Source: the human T2T-CHM13v2.0 reference genome, Homo sapiens
NCBI RefSeq assembly: GCF_009914755.1
Contig: NC_060941.1
Direction: 5' to 3' (one strand)
Length of the DNA: 64,000 nt
Below the pieces are notes generated by a model that saw only the letters and a program-made list of their open reading frames with translations, had not been told where the DNA came from and ran no database searches. This document shows, piece by piece, positions 46,151-64,000 of the stretch (position 1 is the stretch's first letter; the number at the start of each line of letters is the position of its first letter). A program made the position numbers and the translations under genes.

Positions 46151-46820
46151 TGTAATATATCGGAGAGGATCAAATCCGGAGAAAGAAACTACACCAGTAA
46201 TTGTAACAGGGAACACTTAATTTAAAAATTGTTAAGGAGTAAAGAGTGGTTAACTACTAAAAGGCGTAAAGAGGATACAAAGGCATAGTAGCCACTGAAG
46301 TAGCAATTATAGAAAACAGCCACCTTTCCTAGGGATGAAGGAGAACAAACAAGGAAGGAATTTAGCAACTTTCATTGGAGCCCTTTCCACAGTCGGATTC
46401 AGACCTCTGGGGAAAGGTGTGGCTGCACAAGAACACATAGTCCATTAGTAGAAAATTAGCTTGTTGGAGGGCACCAGCTGTCATTGGACCACAGGAGCAG
46501 CCTGCTGCTGAGTGGAGGAAAAACTTACTGAACAGTATGGACTGCAGCTAAACCATGAGGAAGGCTGAGGTGAGCATAACTCCCACCAACACACACACAC
46601 ATGACAATATGCTGGCTTCCACAGCATGATGGAAGAAGGAAAAGAAGTCCTTCTTCCTGATCTGGCCTTGAAGAATTACTCCAGCACCCTTTATTATTAA
46701 AGATTAACATTGTGCCAGCTGGGAAGAAGAAATGTTCATAGGGTCCAGTTCTAGTATCACAAAGCACAGTGAAGAAGGGTAAATTTCAGGCTAAAAGGCA
46801 AAAATTAATAGTAGTATAAC
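46151..46820 (-). mobile_element. ERVL LTR (LTR41/LTR52-like)
   Basis: GGAGAAAGAAACTACACCAGTAATTGTAACAGGGAA...TTTAA at one end and GTATCACAAAGCACAGTG.AGAAGGGT at the other resemble the recalled consensus. Confidence 0.5.
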
Positions 46821-47049
46821 TAATTTAAAGATGTGGTCCATTAGTGCACACTGTTATTCAAAAACAAAATAGACTATAAGAAAATTATTCCTGTGCAATA
46901 AGAATAGAGCCTAAGGCTTTTAAGTCTGAATGAGGGACTATAAATTTTTCAAAATGAGAATTTGTTTCTAAAATTTTCCATTTAAAATATCCATTCCTTG
47001 CCAAAGTTTACTTAAAGCGTTCTTTAAACTCATTATTTAAAATTATTTA

Positions 47050-47900
47050 ATTACAAATAATAAATATCTTGTGGCAAAATATACTACATATGATATCAAA
47101 AGAAAATACAAACTATTTGCAATATGTATGAATGACAAAGATAATTATCATTAATTTATAAAGAGTTCCTTCAGACTGATTAGAAAGGCAAATAAATCAA
47201 TATAAAGTGGGCAAAGTATTTGAAGAGGCAATCATAGAAAATGAAATGCAAAAGGTCAACATATATATGAAAATATACTCAAACAAAATAGTTGATAAAA
47301 TACAAAATAAATCATCACATTACTTAAAATGTGAAATTTTTCCCTCTGATTGAAACATTTTAATAACATCCCATGATACCAAGGATGTAAGAAAATAAAC
47401 CTAATCACACATTGTTGAGCATTGTAACTTTCAACAATTTCTGAATAGCCTTCTGGTAGTATTAATTAAAATTTATAATGCAATTATCTTTGGACCAAGC
47501 AATCTACTTCTTGGAAGTTTTTTATAAAATATATATCTATATATGACTAAATATATATATATATGGATATATATGAATGATTCAGAAAGCAATATACTTT
47601 ATTAGCAAAAAAAAACTGGAATAATCTGAATGTCTATCAGTACAAGAAGGAATGATTAAATTATGGTAATTCTCAATACGAAACAAAATACAGTAATTTA
47701 AAACTCAGTTATATTTTTGAATGTTGATTTGAAAGTGTATTCATAAAATAAGGTGAAATGAAAAAAAGTTTCCAAATAACACATATTTTGATCCTGTTTT
47801 TATAATGCAATTACATATGGATATAGCTGGTATAATCTTGTTTAGGCAGATAAAAATGTATAGTGTAGAATGAGGAACATTGCCTTTTAAACAGTGGTTA
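47050..47900 (+). mobile_element. Ancient L1ME 3' region
   Basis: TATTTGCAATATGTATGAATGACAAAG, AAAGTGGGCAAAG, GACCAAGCAATCTACTTCTTGGAA. Confidence 0.65.
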
Positions 47901-48619
47901 CATTAGTGTGCAGAAGTAAAGCTTTCAAGAAGACAATTTTAATAGAAATAGTCCCATAATGTTCAAATTATTAGAACAGGCATAAATTACTTTTAAAATT
48001 TAAATAGTTAATATATAAATATATATGCTTTCTTTATTGCTGTCCTGTGAACCTGTAATCTCCTTTTTCCTATGGCTAAGGGAGAAAAAGAGCCATTTTA
48101 GTGGGTAGATTTATAATTTTAAAAATTAGACTTGGTGATGTGTGAGATCCCTTCTTTTTCAGTATTACGTAAGGTATGTGGGAGATGTGTTGTCAGATGG
48201 AAGGAGGGAGTGTGGCTGCCTTATGGAGGAAGACAAGTGGGCTGTGTAAAGATTTTGAGGATGAATACAGATGAGCAAAGCTGAAGGACAGTTTTCTAAG
48301 CAGAAGTGAAGTGGGCAGTGAATTCTATATTCATGTTCTTCATTCACAAGAAATAGTATCATCAGGAAAGAAAAAAATGCAAACAACCTTCACCCTTCAA
48401 AGTATAGCAGAGGGATTAAAGGATGCCATCTGCCTCATGCACTGTCACAGGAAATTAATTTCTTAAGGTGCTAGCAAGTTCAGATTGCTACTTCAACCTA
48501 TCTAGTTGAAAATCAGAGGAAATCTTAGAAATAACTAGTCAAGGTAACTGTACACAGTACAAGATAAAGCCTGACTCAGTTATAAATAGCAATGACAGAG
48601 TTAGCTTAAAGAGGAGAGG

Positions 48620-49735
48620 ATCCTTCTGGATAACCTTACATGCAATACAAACACAAATGTAAGACTTGAAACTATGAAACTACTATGAGAAAACATAGGG
48701 GAAATGCTTCATGGCATTAATCTGGACAAAATTTATTTTACATAAGACTGCAAGAGCATAGGCAACAAAAGCAAAAACAGACAAATGTGATTGCATCAAA
48801 GAAGCTTCTGTACAGCAAAGGAAATAATCAACAGAATGAAGAGACAAACTACAAACTGGGAGAAAATATTTGCAAACTATACCTCCGATAGGTATTAATA
48901 TGGAAGACAACAAGCCTTGGCTAAGATGTAGAGAAAAAGGAACATTTACACCCTGTTGGTAGGAATGCAAATTAGTACAGTCACTATAAAAATAGTATGG
49001 AGGTTTGTCAAAAAATTAAAAAAAGAACTACCATACTATCCCACAATCCCACTGGTGGGTATATGTATCCAAAGGAAAAGACACAGTATATCAAAGAGAT
49101 ATCTGCACTCCCATATTTACTACAGCACTATTCACAATAGCCAAGATATTGAATGAAGTTAAGTGTCCATCAATGGATGAATGAATGAACAAAGAAAAGG
49201 TGGTACATATAAAAAATGGAATACTATTCAGCAATAAAAAAGAATGAAGTCTTGTCATTTGTTACAACATCAACAATCCTGGAGGACATTCACTTAAGTG
49301 GAGTAAGTCAGAAACAGAAAGATAAATGCCAATGATCTCACTCACATGTGGAATCAAAAAAATCTAATTTCATAGAATAGAGAATAGTGGTTATCAGAGG
49401 TTGGGGAGGGTAGTGGGTAGCACTTGTTGGGTGGAAGGATAGAGAGAGGTTAGTCAATGGGTATAAAGCTGCAATTAGATAGATGGAATAAGTTCTGGTG
49501 CTTTATTGTGCAGTAGTACGACTATAACTAGAAATAATATATTGTATACATATTCCAAATAGCTAGAAGAGAGGGTTCTGAATGTTCTTGCCACAAAGAA
49601 ATATTAGATGTTTGAGGTAATAGATTTGTTACATATCCTGATTTGATTATTACATAAGGTATACACACATTGAAATATCACATTGTACACCATAATTTCA
49701 TACAATTATATGTCAATTAAAAATAAAACTAAAAA
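48620..49735 (+). mobile_element. L1MA-like 3' fragment with an internal deletion near 48900
   Basis: ORF2 C-terminal motifs and 3'UTR AATAAGTTCTGGTG...AAATAGCTAGAAGAGAGG...CACAAAGAAAT...GTCAATTAAAAAT. Confidence 0.85.
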
Positions 49736-50169
49736 TTCATGATCAGCTGGTTATAGCAATGTATAAGATGCAGCATTCCTTTGGAAATAGCAGGTGAAGA
49801 GGGGAGGCACTTAGGGGTATACATCAATTATGTACCTTGTAGTACCAGATACTTAATTGACTAAATCTCATTGAATACTCAGGACAACATTAGAAGAAGT
49901 ATTATCACTCTTCTATTTTATAGATGAGAAGGTTACAGAGAGAATTGTCTCATCTGTTTTGCAATGCTAATAGGCAAAGCCAAAACCGAAACCCAATTCA
50001 GCTATCCAACCTCTATGATCTTTGTATCACACAATGTCTCCCACACTGACTTATTGTCACAGATGGATATTAGTAAACCATACATTTCAAATGCAATATA
50101 CTGATTGCATGCTAGCTATGTGTCTAGAAGAGCCATATCTGTAATAAAGAATGTGAAAGAAATATGTAT

Positions 50170-51150
50170 AGTGGAGGTTGCCTTCAGGAAGTAGTGTTGC
50201 CATTTGATTCCTTTCTCTTCCTCCTTTTCAGGATTGCTTTACCTGTAAGTTCTATACTTTCTTGTGTTTTTATGATGGTAAATATTGTCCTTTTCTTTCT
50301 TTGTTTATTTATTTATTTATTTTTTTTGAGACAGAGTCTTGCTCTGTCACCCAGGCTGAGATGCAATGGCACAATCTTGCCTCACTACAAATTCTACCTC
50401 CTGGTTCATGCGATTCTCATGCCCCAGCCTCCTGAGTAGCTAGGATTACAGGTGTATGCCACCATGCCTGCTAATTTTTGTTTTTTTGGGGAGAGACCAA
50501 GTTTTCCCATGTTCTTGAAACCCTGACCTCAGGTGATCTGCCTGCCTTGGCCTCCCAAAATGCTAGGATTACAGGTGTGAGCCACCATACCCAGTGATCC
50601 TTTTCTTTGTGAGTTTAGGATTCCTTCCAGCATCTCTTGTAGGGCTGGCCAAGTGGTAACAAATTCCCCCAGCATTTCTTTGTCTGGGATTTCTTCTCCA
50701 TTAATAAAGCTTAATCTTGCTGGGTATAGAATTCTTGGTAGACAGGGTTGGTTTTGGTTTTCTTTTTTAGCACTTTAAATATGCCATCCCATTCTCTTCT
50801 GTCCTGTAAAGATTCTCCTGAGAAATCTACTGTTAGTCTGATGGGGTTTCCTTTATAGGTGACTAGCTGCTTTTCTCTTGCTAATTTTATAATTCTTTCC
50901 TTCACTTTTACTTTAAACAGTCTGATTATGATATGCCATGGTAAAGACTTTTTTGCAATTCATCTGCCTGGGGATCTTTGGGCTTCCTGCATTTGAATGT
51001 CCAAATATCTTGCTAGAATTGGTAATTTCTTATCAATTATTTTGTTAAATTGATTTTCTAAACTTTTTAATTTTTCTTCCCTCTTAGGAATACCAATAAT
51101 TTATGTTTGTTCACTTTACGTAGTCCCACACATCTCAAAGGCTTTGTTTG
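50170..51150 (-). mobile_element. L1 ORF1-region fragment, interrupted by an Alu
   Basis: The ORF at 50711-50905 (KERIIKLAREKQLVTYKGNPIRLTVDFS...REWDGIFKVLK) is the ORF1p C-terminal region. Confidence 0.85.
50300..50595 (-). mobile_element. AluS-like SINE (small internal deletion)
   Basis: (TTTA)n tail and dimer; TCCTTTT(TT)CTTT flanks. Confidence 0.9.
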
Positions 51151-57092
<5,942 letters not shown>

Positions 57093-57725
57093 TCAGACAA
57101 AGATGGGGTTCAAAACCCATGTCTGGTACTTAATAGCTGTGTAGATCTTGAGCAATTAGTTCAATTATTAAAAATTTGTTTGTGTACTCTGTAGTGTTAG
57201 AGGGAGTGTTTCTGAGACTGTGTAGGTCACATTGAGATGCTTTAGAGTAACATATGTGAATTCAGTGTAGCCAAAGTTTACAGAACCTAGGCCAACTCAA
57301 CTCCACTGTGCCCCAACTTTTAAACAACTCTATAATTATTAGGTGTGTCTAAGATTTTGAGAAATAATGAAAAGATTCACTGGCATATAGGAGAGATTCT
57401 TGAACACTAGCTTTCTCAAAGCAGTCTTGAGATAAAGAATAAATCTTTGTGTCTACTAAGTGGAAGAAAATGTGTCCTTTTGGCATCTAGAATTCTAATA
57501 CAGAATATTAGATCTATATTATCTTTTATGAAGATCTAGAACCCTGAAGAGAAAGATGGTGTCTAGAGATGCAGGCCGATGAAATGCCATAACAATATGG
57601 GCTGATGAGAGTAAGAAGCACTGTTTTCAACTTTTTTCTGTTATAAACGACTCTCAGATGTTGAAATTTGTGCATTTTCAAAGCAGGGGTTCCTATAGAC
57701 CTAAACTTACCTCACCATGTCTTAT

Positions 57726-58354
57726 TGATACAGGACCTAGAAAAAAATTATTTAGGCAGATAGTGAGGACAAGAGTCCTCAGCAAGGTTTCCCTTTTAAC
57801 AAAAAGCAGCCCCTAAATCACTTCTTTTCTAACATAAAGCAGCCTGAAAAATCGAGCTGCAGACAAAGATAAGCAAGCTGGAAGCTTGCACAGGTGAGTG
57901 CCAATAGAAAAGGGCTACCAAGAAGCCAGGTATGTTCAACATGGAGGCTTCATCTTCCATTTTCTTTGTCACCACGTGTATAGGAAAGAACCAGGCAACA
58001 TGGCACTGGCCAGGTAGAGAACCCATATGCATAATAAAAGATTAGGGTGAGGCAGCCAGCTTCTTGCACACTATGCAAATGACACACCTGGTCTGACCAA
58101 TCTTCCGTGCCCTATGTAAATTAAACACTGCCTCCTCAAGCTAGTCTATAAAACCCCGTGTATTTCACCACAGAACTGGCAACTAATTTTTCTCCAGGAC
58201 CCCTCTCTGCACAGAGAGCTCTTCTCTTTCTTTTGACTATTAAACTTCCATTCTTAACACTCTTAACCTCACTCTGGTGTGTCCGCGTCCTAGTTTTCCC
58301 TAGCCATGGGACAACGAACCTCAGATATTACCCCAGAGGAACAATGCCACATCA
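57726..58354 (+). mobile_element. ERV1 solo LTR, MER61-like
   Basis: TGAT...ATCA termini; 4-bp near-TSD TTAT/CTAT; TGATACAGGA...TTTAGGCAGATAGTGAGG...GAGCTGCAGACA matches the recalled MER61 start; CCAAT, TATAAAA and ATTAAA occur in LTR order. Confidence 0.75.
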
Positions 58355-60271
58355 CTATCTCAGACTTTTCTGTCCTTTGAGAGATGGAAGTTTATCATCT
58401 CAGAAATAGAGAAGCACTTTAACACGATGACCAGAGAATCTAGCTTAGGATGAATATTTCAGCTCAGCTAATCAACGGGCATTATTATTTTATCATTGAC
58501 AGCCCAAGGATATTATGTGAAAATAATATGGCTTTCCCATATCCACAGTTATTCAAGGAATGTCCTTCTCAAAATACTGATGAGAAGAGAGGGTAGGGGG
58601 CAAAATAGAGGAGACCAGAGAGAGAAGGAAGGATAAGAGGAAAGGAGAGAAATCTATTTTACTGAAGGAAAGTCACAGACTTCTGAATAGATAGGACTAC
58701 AGGGAAAAGCAAGGAGACAGACGAAAAGATTTGCCTTTCTGATTTCTCCCTCTATATGACTACCTATTGGTTAGTTGATTGATTTATAAATCTGACAAAT
58801 GTTGTTGTGAATTTTCTGTGTACATGAGTACTGAAATGTGTAACACTTCTCATGTTAATTTTACTGAAGTAGCATTATGTAAGCGGTATGTGTGCCAGAA
58901 TATTAATTTTAATAATTAGTTGACACTGATCCACCCCTAGTATATTTAACAGCACCTGGAGGGTTTCTTTAGCTTGAGATAATATAAAGATGACAAAAAG
59001 GAATTGTTAAAAATGGCTGAACTATCAGTCTGTAATGGGGATATGTTGTAAATATATAGTGTGGAGGGCACAGTGAATTCTGCTATATCCTCTACTCCTC
59101 CCTACACTAGAACGCTGGTAATTCTTAATCAATGTAGTGTCTAATGGGCTAGCTCTAGTCTAATTTCCCTTGGTCCTAGAGAGGCTCTTATGGGTTGCAC
59201 AGTGCTTTGACTCATTGTTTGCACTTCTCGTTTCAGGGGATCGTCTTAATTCTGGATTTATATGTTCAGTCAAAATATAGCCTTTAAGGACTGAGGCTGA
59301 ATCAAGTGATTTCTAAGGTCAGTTTTCTTTTCTTCCAATATGATCTGAAAAATGTTGGCTAGGGCTTTATTATGTCATTAATCTATGTTTCTATACCCTG
59401 GGCACTGAAAGTGGGACATTTTTCCAGGATAACTTCCTTCTGAAGGATTAGAGTTTTCTGTGCAATTAAGTCACAGTGCTGGGAGATAGAAACAGAATGG
59501 TTTGTTTAAGGGTTTTTTTTTTTCCTTTTTCTCTTTTCTTATTTATTTATGTATTAACTTACTTACTTATTGATTGAATTTTTGGGTGTTTTATGAGAAA
59601 AATCACTTCCTGACAAGAAAATGAAACTAAATGTGGACTTTCTGTTTTATAGTATATTGACACTTCCTGTGTAGCCTCATAAAACTCCCCCCCAGGCAAC
59701 ATTCTAAGGAAGGAACTGTTAAATCACTTCATAACCAGTATCATGTGGAATACACATAATCTTCTGCTAGACCTTAAAAACACAAGAAATCCAAAACAAT
59801 TTTGTCTGCCTTCAAGAAGTTAACAATCTATTCATCCATTCCATGAATTCATTAAAAAATCCTTTCAAGGAATTACCATGTGCTAAGCTAAATCTAACTG
59901 GGGACACAAGCCACACAAATAAAAACTTTCTCTACCAGAAATGAAAAATATAGTATTGCAATACTAACATTGGTATTTTCATTACTAAATATTACTATAA
60001 CATAGCACAAGTTTGTGTTAAGTTAATGGTACAGATTGCATAACAACCATGGGAGTTCAGAAGCAAGAAAAGTTACAAGAAACTAGGTGTGTCAGAGAGA
60101 AGGATTCTTTCTAAAAACAGTATTTTGCCTGGCATATAAAGAAGAGCTTAATTTGTCATCATTATTTTTGTGGCATCTGCCTTTCCCAAACCAAATCTTT
60201 AAGTAAGAGTCTCTCACCTGGGCAAATCATTGCACTATACATTTCTCTATCTTTACCTCATCGGGAGGTAA

Positions 60272-60554
60272 AGAAAAATCTCCAACACCCTTTCTGCCAA
60301 AGACAGGCAGCCAGAAAAGGGAGCACTTGACAGTCTGCTTATTCTATTTTCTCTGGTATTAGGCTGGAATCTATGATACTATTATTCTAAAAAGAAAGTA
60401 ATCAACATGAAAAAGAGTTTAATTTTTTCTACCCATGCCTCCACTAAAGGATCACTTGGATTTTATATTTCTAAATAGTTATGAGAAAAGAAAAGAAATA
60501 AATATGTTGGGTTGGCCGACATAACCATCAAAAGGCCAGATTCATATACTCAGG
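60272..60554 (+). repeat. Direct repeat, copy 1 (283 bp)
   Basis: Matches 61656-61937 with 3 substitutions and a 1-bp indel by manual alignment. Confidence 0.97.
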
Positions 60555-61655
60555 TTGGGGACAACCACTTGTCCTGATCACAGGAATTCTATTCGTAGAA
60601 TTTCAGAACCAGAAGAGATATTTTGAATATAAGAGATAAACAATCCACTCTGCATTGAAGCAGGAATAGGGCCCAGAAGCTGGTCCACTCAGCTTCCAAC
60701 TCATTGCTTTTCAGTAAAAATCATGACATCTCAATGGAAACATAGCATTCACTTTTAAACCGTTGATCTAGGCCAACCCACTAACCAAGAATTTACCAGA
60801 AAGGTTAAATGGTCCACTACCAGTGGTGAGACTGCTAATTGGTGGTGCCTACTAGGCAATATCTCAGCCCAGTGCTTCAGTTATTACTCTCAGTTCATCG
60901 TCAAAATAAACATTACCTCCAAATTACCCTCAGGACTGACTACATATTTTGCAACAAATGTTAAAAATGTTTAAAAGGTGACAGAAGAGCATTAAATAAA
61001 TCATGAGGCTCTTGTAGGCTTGGGGATTCTGTGTGACTGCAGAGATTGCATATCCTTGACGCCAATCTATTTTGATCCTAAAGACGGAGACAGAAAATGG
61101 GTAACTAGTTAAATTTTCAATTCCAAGTGAAAGTCATTTACAGCTTCAGTAACTTTTTCCATGTTTTCCATCTAAGAAACTCAGGTAGATCATTCAGGCA
61201 GCAAGTCTCTGGAGAGGAGTCTGCTGGTTTTCTGTAGTAAATTTTACAACACAGTCCTTGAGACTTGAATTTTTACCCTCCAGGAAAAAAATAAATAAAT
61301 AAAGGCAACTGCCCATCAGTGACCCATATTCTGCCTCCTTTGCTCCTATTAAACTTTTCTGTTCTAGATACTATTCTTGATTCTTTTATGTGAATTGAAG
61401 TCCTAAAGTTGGAAGGTGGGGTAAAATATTATAGCAGCCAGGGGAGGTTAGCCTGATTTTCAGGCGAAACAGATGGGCAATCAAGGGATTTGAGAGTTCA
61501 GTCTCTCTTACTGCATTTTTTGAAGTTTTTCTCAAAGTGCAGTGAGTAAACTAGACCTTGGAGAATTCATTTGATGTAGGTCAACAAAGTTCTGCCCTTT
61601 TGCCAGCTTTTTGGACCCATCTACCCTCACCAGGCCTCAGAGTTGGCAATCCAGC

Positions 61656-61937
61656 AGAAAAATCTCCAACACCCTTTCTGCCAAAGACATGCAGCCAGAA
61701 AAGGGAGCACTTGACAGTCTGCTTATTCTATTTTCTCTGGTATTAGGCTGGAATCTATGATGCTATTATTCTAAAAAGAAAGTAATCAACATGAAAAGAG
61801 TTTAATTTTTTCTACCCATGCCTCCACTGAAGGATCACTTGGATTTTATATTTCTAAATAGTTATGAGAAAAGAAAAGAAATAAATATGTTGGGTTGGCC
61901 GACATAACCATCAAAAGGCCAGATTCATATACTCAGG
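61656..61937 (+). repeat. Direct repeat, copy 2 (282 bp)
   Basis: AGAAAAATCTCCAACACCC...TTCATATACTCAGG; matches 60272-60554. Confidence 0.97.
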
Positions 61938-64000
61938 AAGCAGCATTCCCAACAGTTAACTCATGGTCCTCTGAGGGTGTTTAAATTTTTCCTGACCCCA
62001 TTAGCCTGAAAAACAGAAGGTCTACGTTCCCTTAAAGGCAACTAACTATGCATTCTCTCACCTTAATAAAAAGGTGTAGTGGGGACTACAATCCAAATCA
62101 GTGAATAATCAAAAATGTTTCTATTATACTTTGAGATGCACTACTTTTTTATTAGGGGCAGACTTTCCTAATTGTATAGAAAGAAGTAAATATGCATAAG
62201 ATAGACAAAGTACACACACTGACTAATGAGAGAAGCTACATATCCCAAAGTTTTCCGAGAAGAAAGATGTTTTCAATTTGGGATATAAAAAGGTAGCTAA
62301 TCCATATATTTTTAAAAGACTCTATAAAAATGCTCTTTATGTGCTCAGAATTAAATTACTGCATCTAAATATACTAATAATTAAAATCAAGAGATCTCTT
62401 CCTGGACATTTGTGCATGCCCTCATATCCATATTTTTGTTAGAGAATAGATAGCTTTTACTATATTTTCAAAAAAAGAACCCAGGCCTATCACAGGGTTG
62501 ATCTTTTTAAAATCCAAAGCACTTCACACCCATTGCTTCAATCTGAGCAACACTTTTAAATATTCTTTAGCTAAGAGGCCTTGAAATAGACTTCCTTGAT
62601 TTTCTATCTAATGATAAGATATTTATTTGTGAAGACATAGGAAATGTCAAAAATGTACAACTATCCTGAAAACTAACACAATAAAGCTGATAATCTACTC
62701 ACACCTTGACTCATCAAATGAAACCCTCCTGGACAAAAAGCAAGAAAACACATTGTCCTCTACACCCGACTGCCCCCCCAATCTCAGAGACCTAGAGTTG
62801 GTACCTGCCAGAAACTGAACATCTGCCTCTCCTAATCAGCTACCAATATTTGAAAAAGATATCTTTTCATATCCAAATTGGGACTGACATGCTTTCATGG
62901 AAATGGAGGAAAAAAGACAATGAGGATTTGAGGGGTCTAAAGGCAGTGGCCTGCCAGATTAAATCACATTCCCACAGTAAAACAACAAAGGCAAAAAGTG
63001 ATCGGGAGAACTCTCATGATTTTATAGTTTGAAACTCAAGTACAAAGCCTTTTGTTTTTATCTAGATTCATTATTATTGTTGTTGATATATTTTTTATGT
63101 TCTTCATACTTTATTGTGAACAGCTGCTGGGGAATAAGATGAGATCCCAACTCAGTATAGCAAGACCAAACCAGATAAATCCCTGATAGAAACTTGAAGT
63201 GGAACTGGAAGGTGTGCACATCAAACTGTCCTGGACCTGTAAACCCGAGAAGAGAATTTAAAAGAACTGTGAGCAGGAATAAAGAAAATCCACACATCCT
63301 GACAGAGAGAGTATCAGGACAGAAACTACCCCATTCACAAATGTGTTTCTGATTCTTTCAAAATATTACCATAAGGAGTTAAAAGGGTCCAATTAACAAT
63401 GGACCTGGATGGAAGAGAAAATATTTGCAATGACTGCAACTTCTACAGCCACTTACCTGAAAAGATCTACTACTGTTTTACTGTATGATACCACAAATAT
63501 GTTTCTCTCTCAAAATTATCAAAGTGGGAAGCCACTTGTCTCCTTGATTTTTCCTAATTTATATTAATTTAAGGATAAATTTATCCACATTTGGTACTGT
63601 TCTCACCCCATGGTGCATTTCAATTTCTAATTTCATTGAAGTTTAAAAAACATTTAATGACTAAGATACAAATACTTATAGAATTTATATTCATCTCTTT
63701 GATCTTTACAGGTGATTTAACAAAAGCCAATTCTAATTCTTTGGGAGTCACATATATCAGCCCTTCTTTTGCTTGTCCTGATTCTGTCTTATTCAGAATA
63801 TTTCCATTGAATCCACTGAAGAATCCCTTTCAGAGAGTCAAACTTGCTAATCCCAGTAGTTATAAGATATGAAATATGACGCCATGTTTCCATGTTCAGT
63901 CTCTGTGTCTCTGCCGTCATCATTCCCACCATCACAACCTCAGCCCTATCCTCCCTATCAACTCCTTCATAACCTCTCATCTCCACCACCCCCTGTCCTA

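Noticed and set aside
60272-61937. Direct repeats as the LTR pair of a small retroelement
   Set aside because: No TG...CA ends, TSD, primer-binding site or polypurine tract; the spacer looks like ordinary genomic DNA.
63090-63275. Possible + strand exon (GAACAG|...ACT|GTGAGC)
   Set aside because: Splice signals are weak, no product is recognisable, and such matches are expected by chance.

Overview
This is AT-rich primate (human-like) genomic DNA, dominated by interspersed repeats: Alu, L1PA/L1M LINEs, L2/MIR, MaLR/ERV LTRs and hAT MITEs. I see no recognisable intact protein-coding gene, RNA gene or CRISPR array; nearly all long ORFs in the track are L1 ORF1/ORF2 or Alu read-throughs. The one gene-derived feature is a decayed processed pseudogene of myosin regulatory light chain MYL12B (26381-27345, +), inserted into an old L1. 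The most notable structural observations are: (1) a young 5'-inverted (twin-primed) L1PA3-like element broken exactly at the RT FADD motif, whose junction CATG provides an ATG on both strands and two open ORF2 halves; (2) a ~283-bp, ~98.6% identical non-tandem direct duplication of apparently unique DNA (60272-60554 and 61656-61937) that looks like a templated insertion; (3) an L1 insertion with an inversion plus two internal deletions; (4) a chimeric Alu hosting a solo LTR12 with nine CCAAT boxes; and (5) a MER61-like solo LTR with an intact-looking promoter layout. I do not see convincing evidence for a new biological system. Repeat subfamily names come from recalled consensus features, not from a search, and boundaries of old repeats are approximate.
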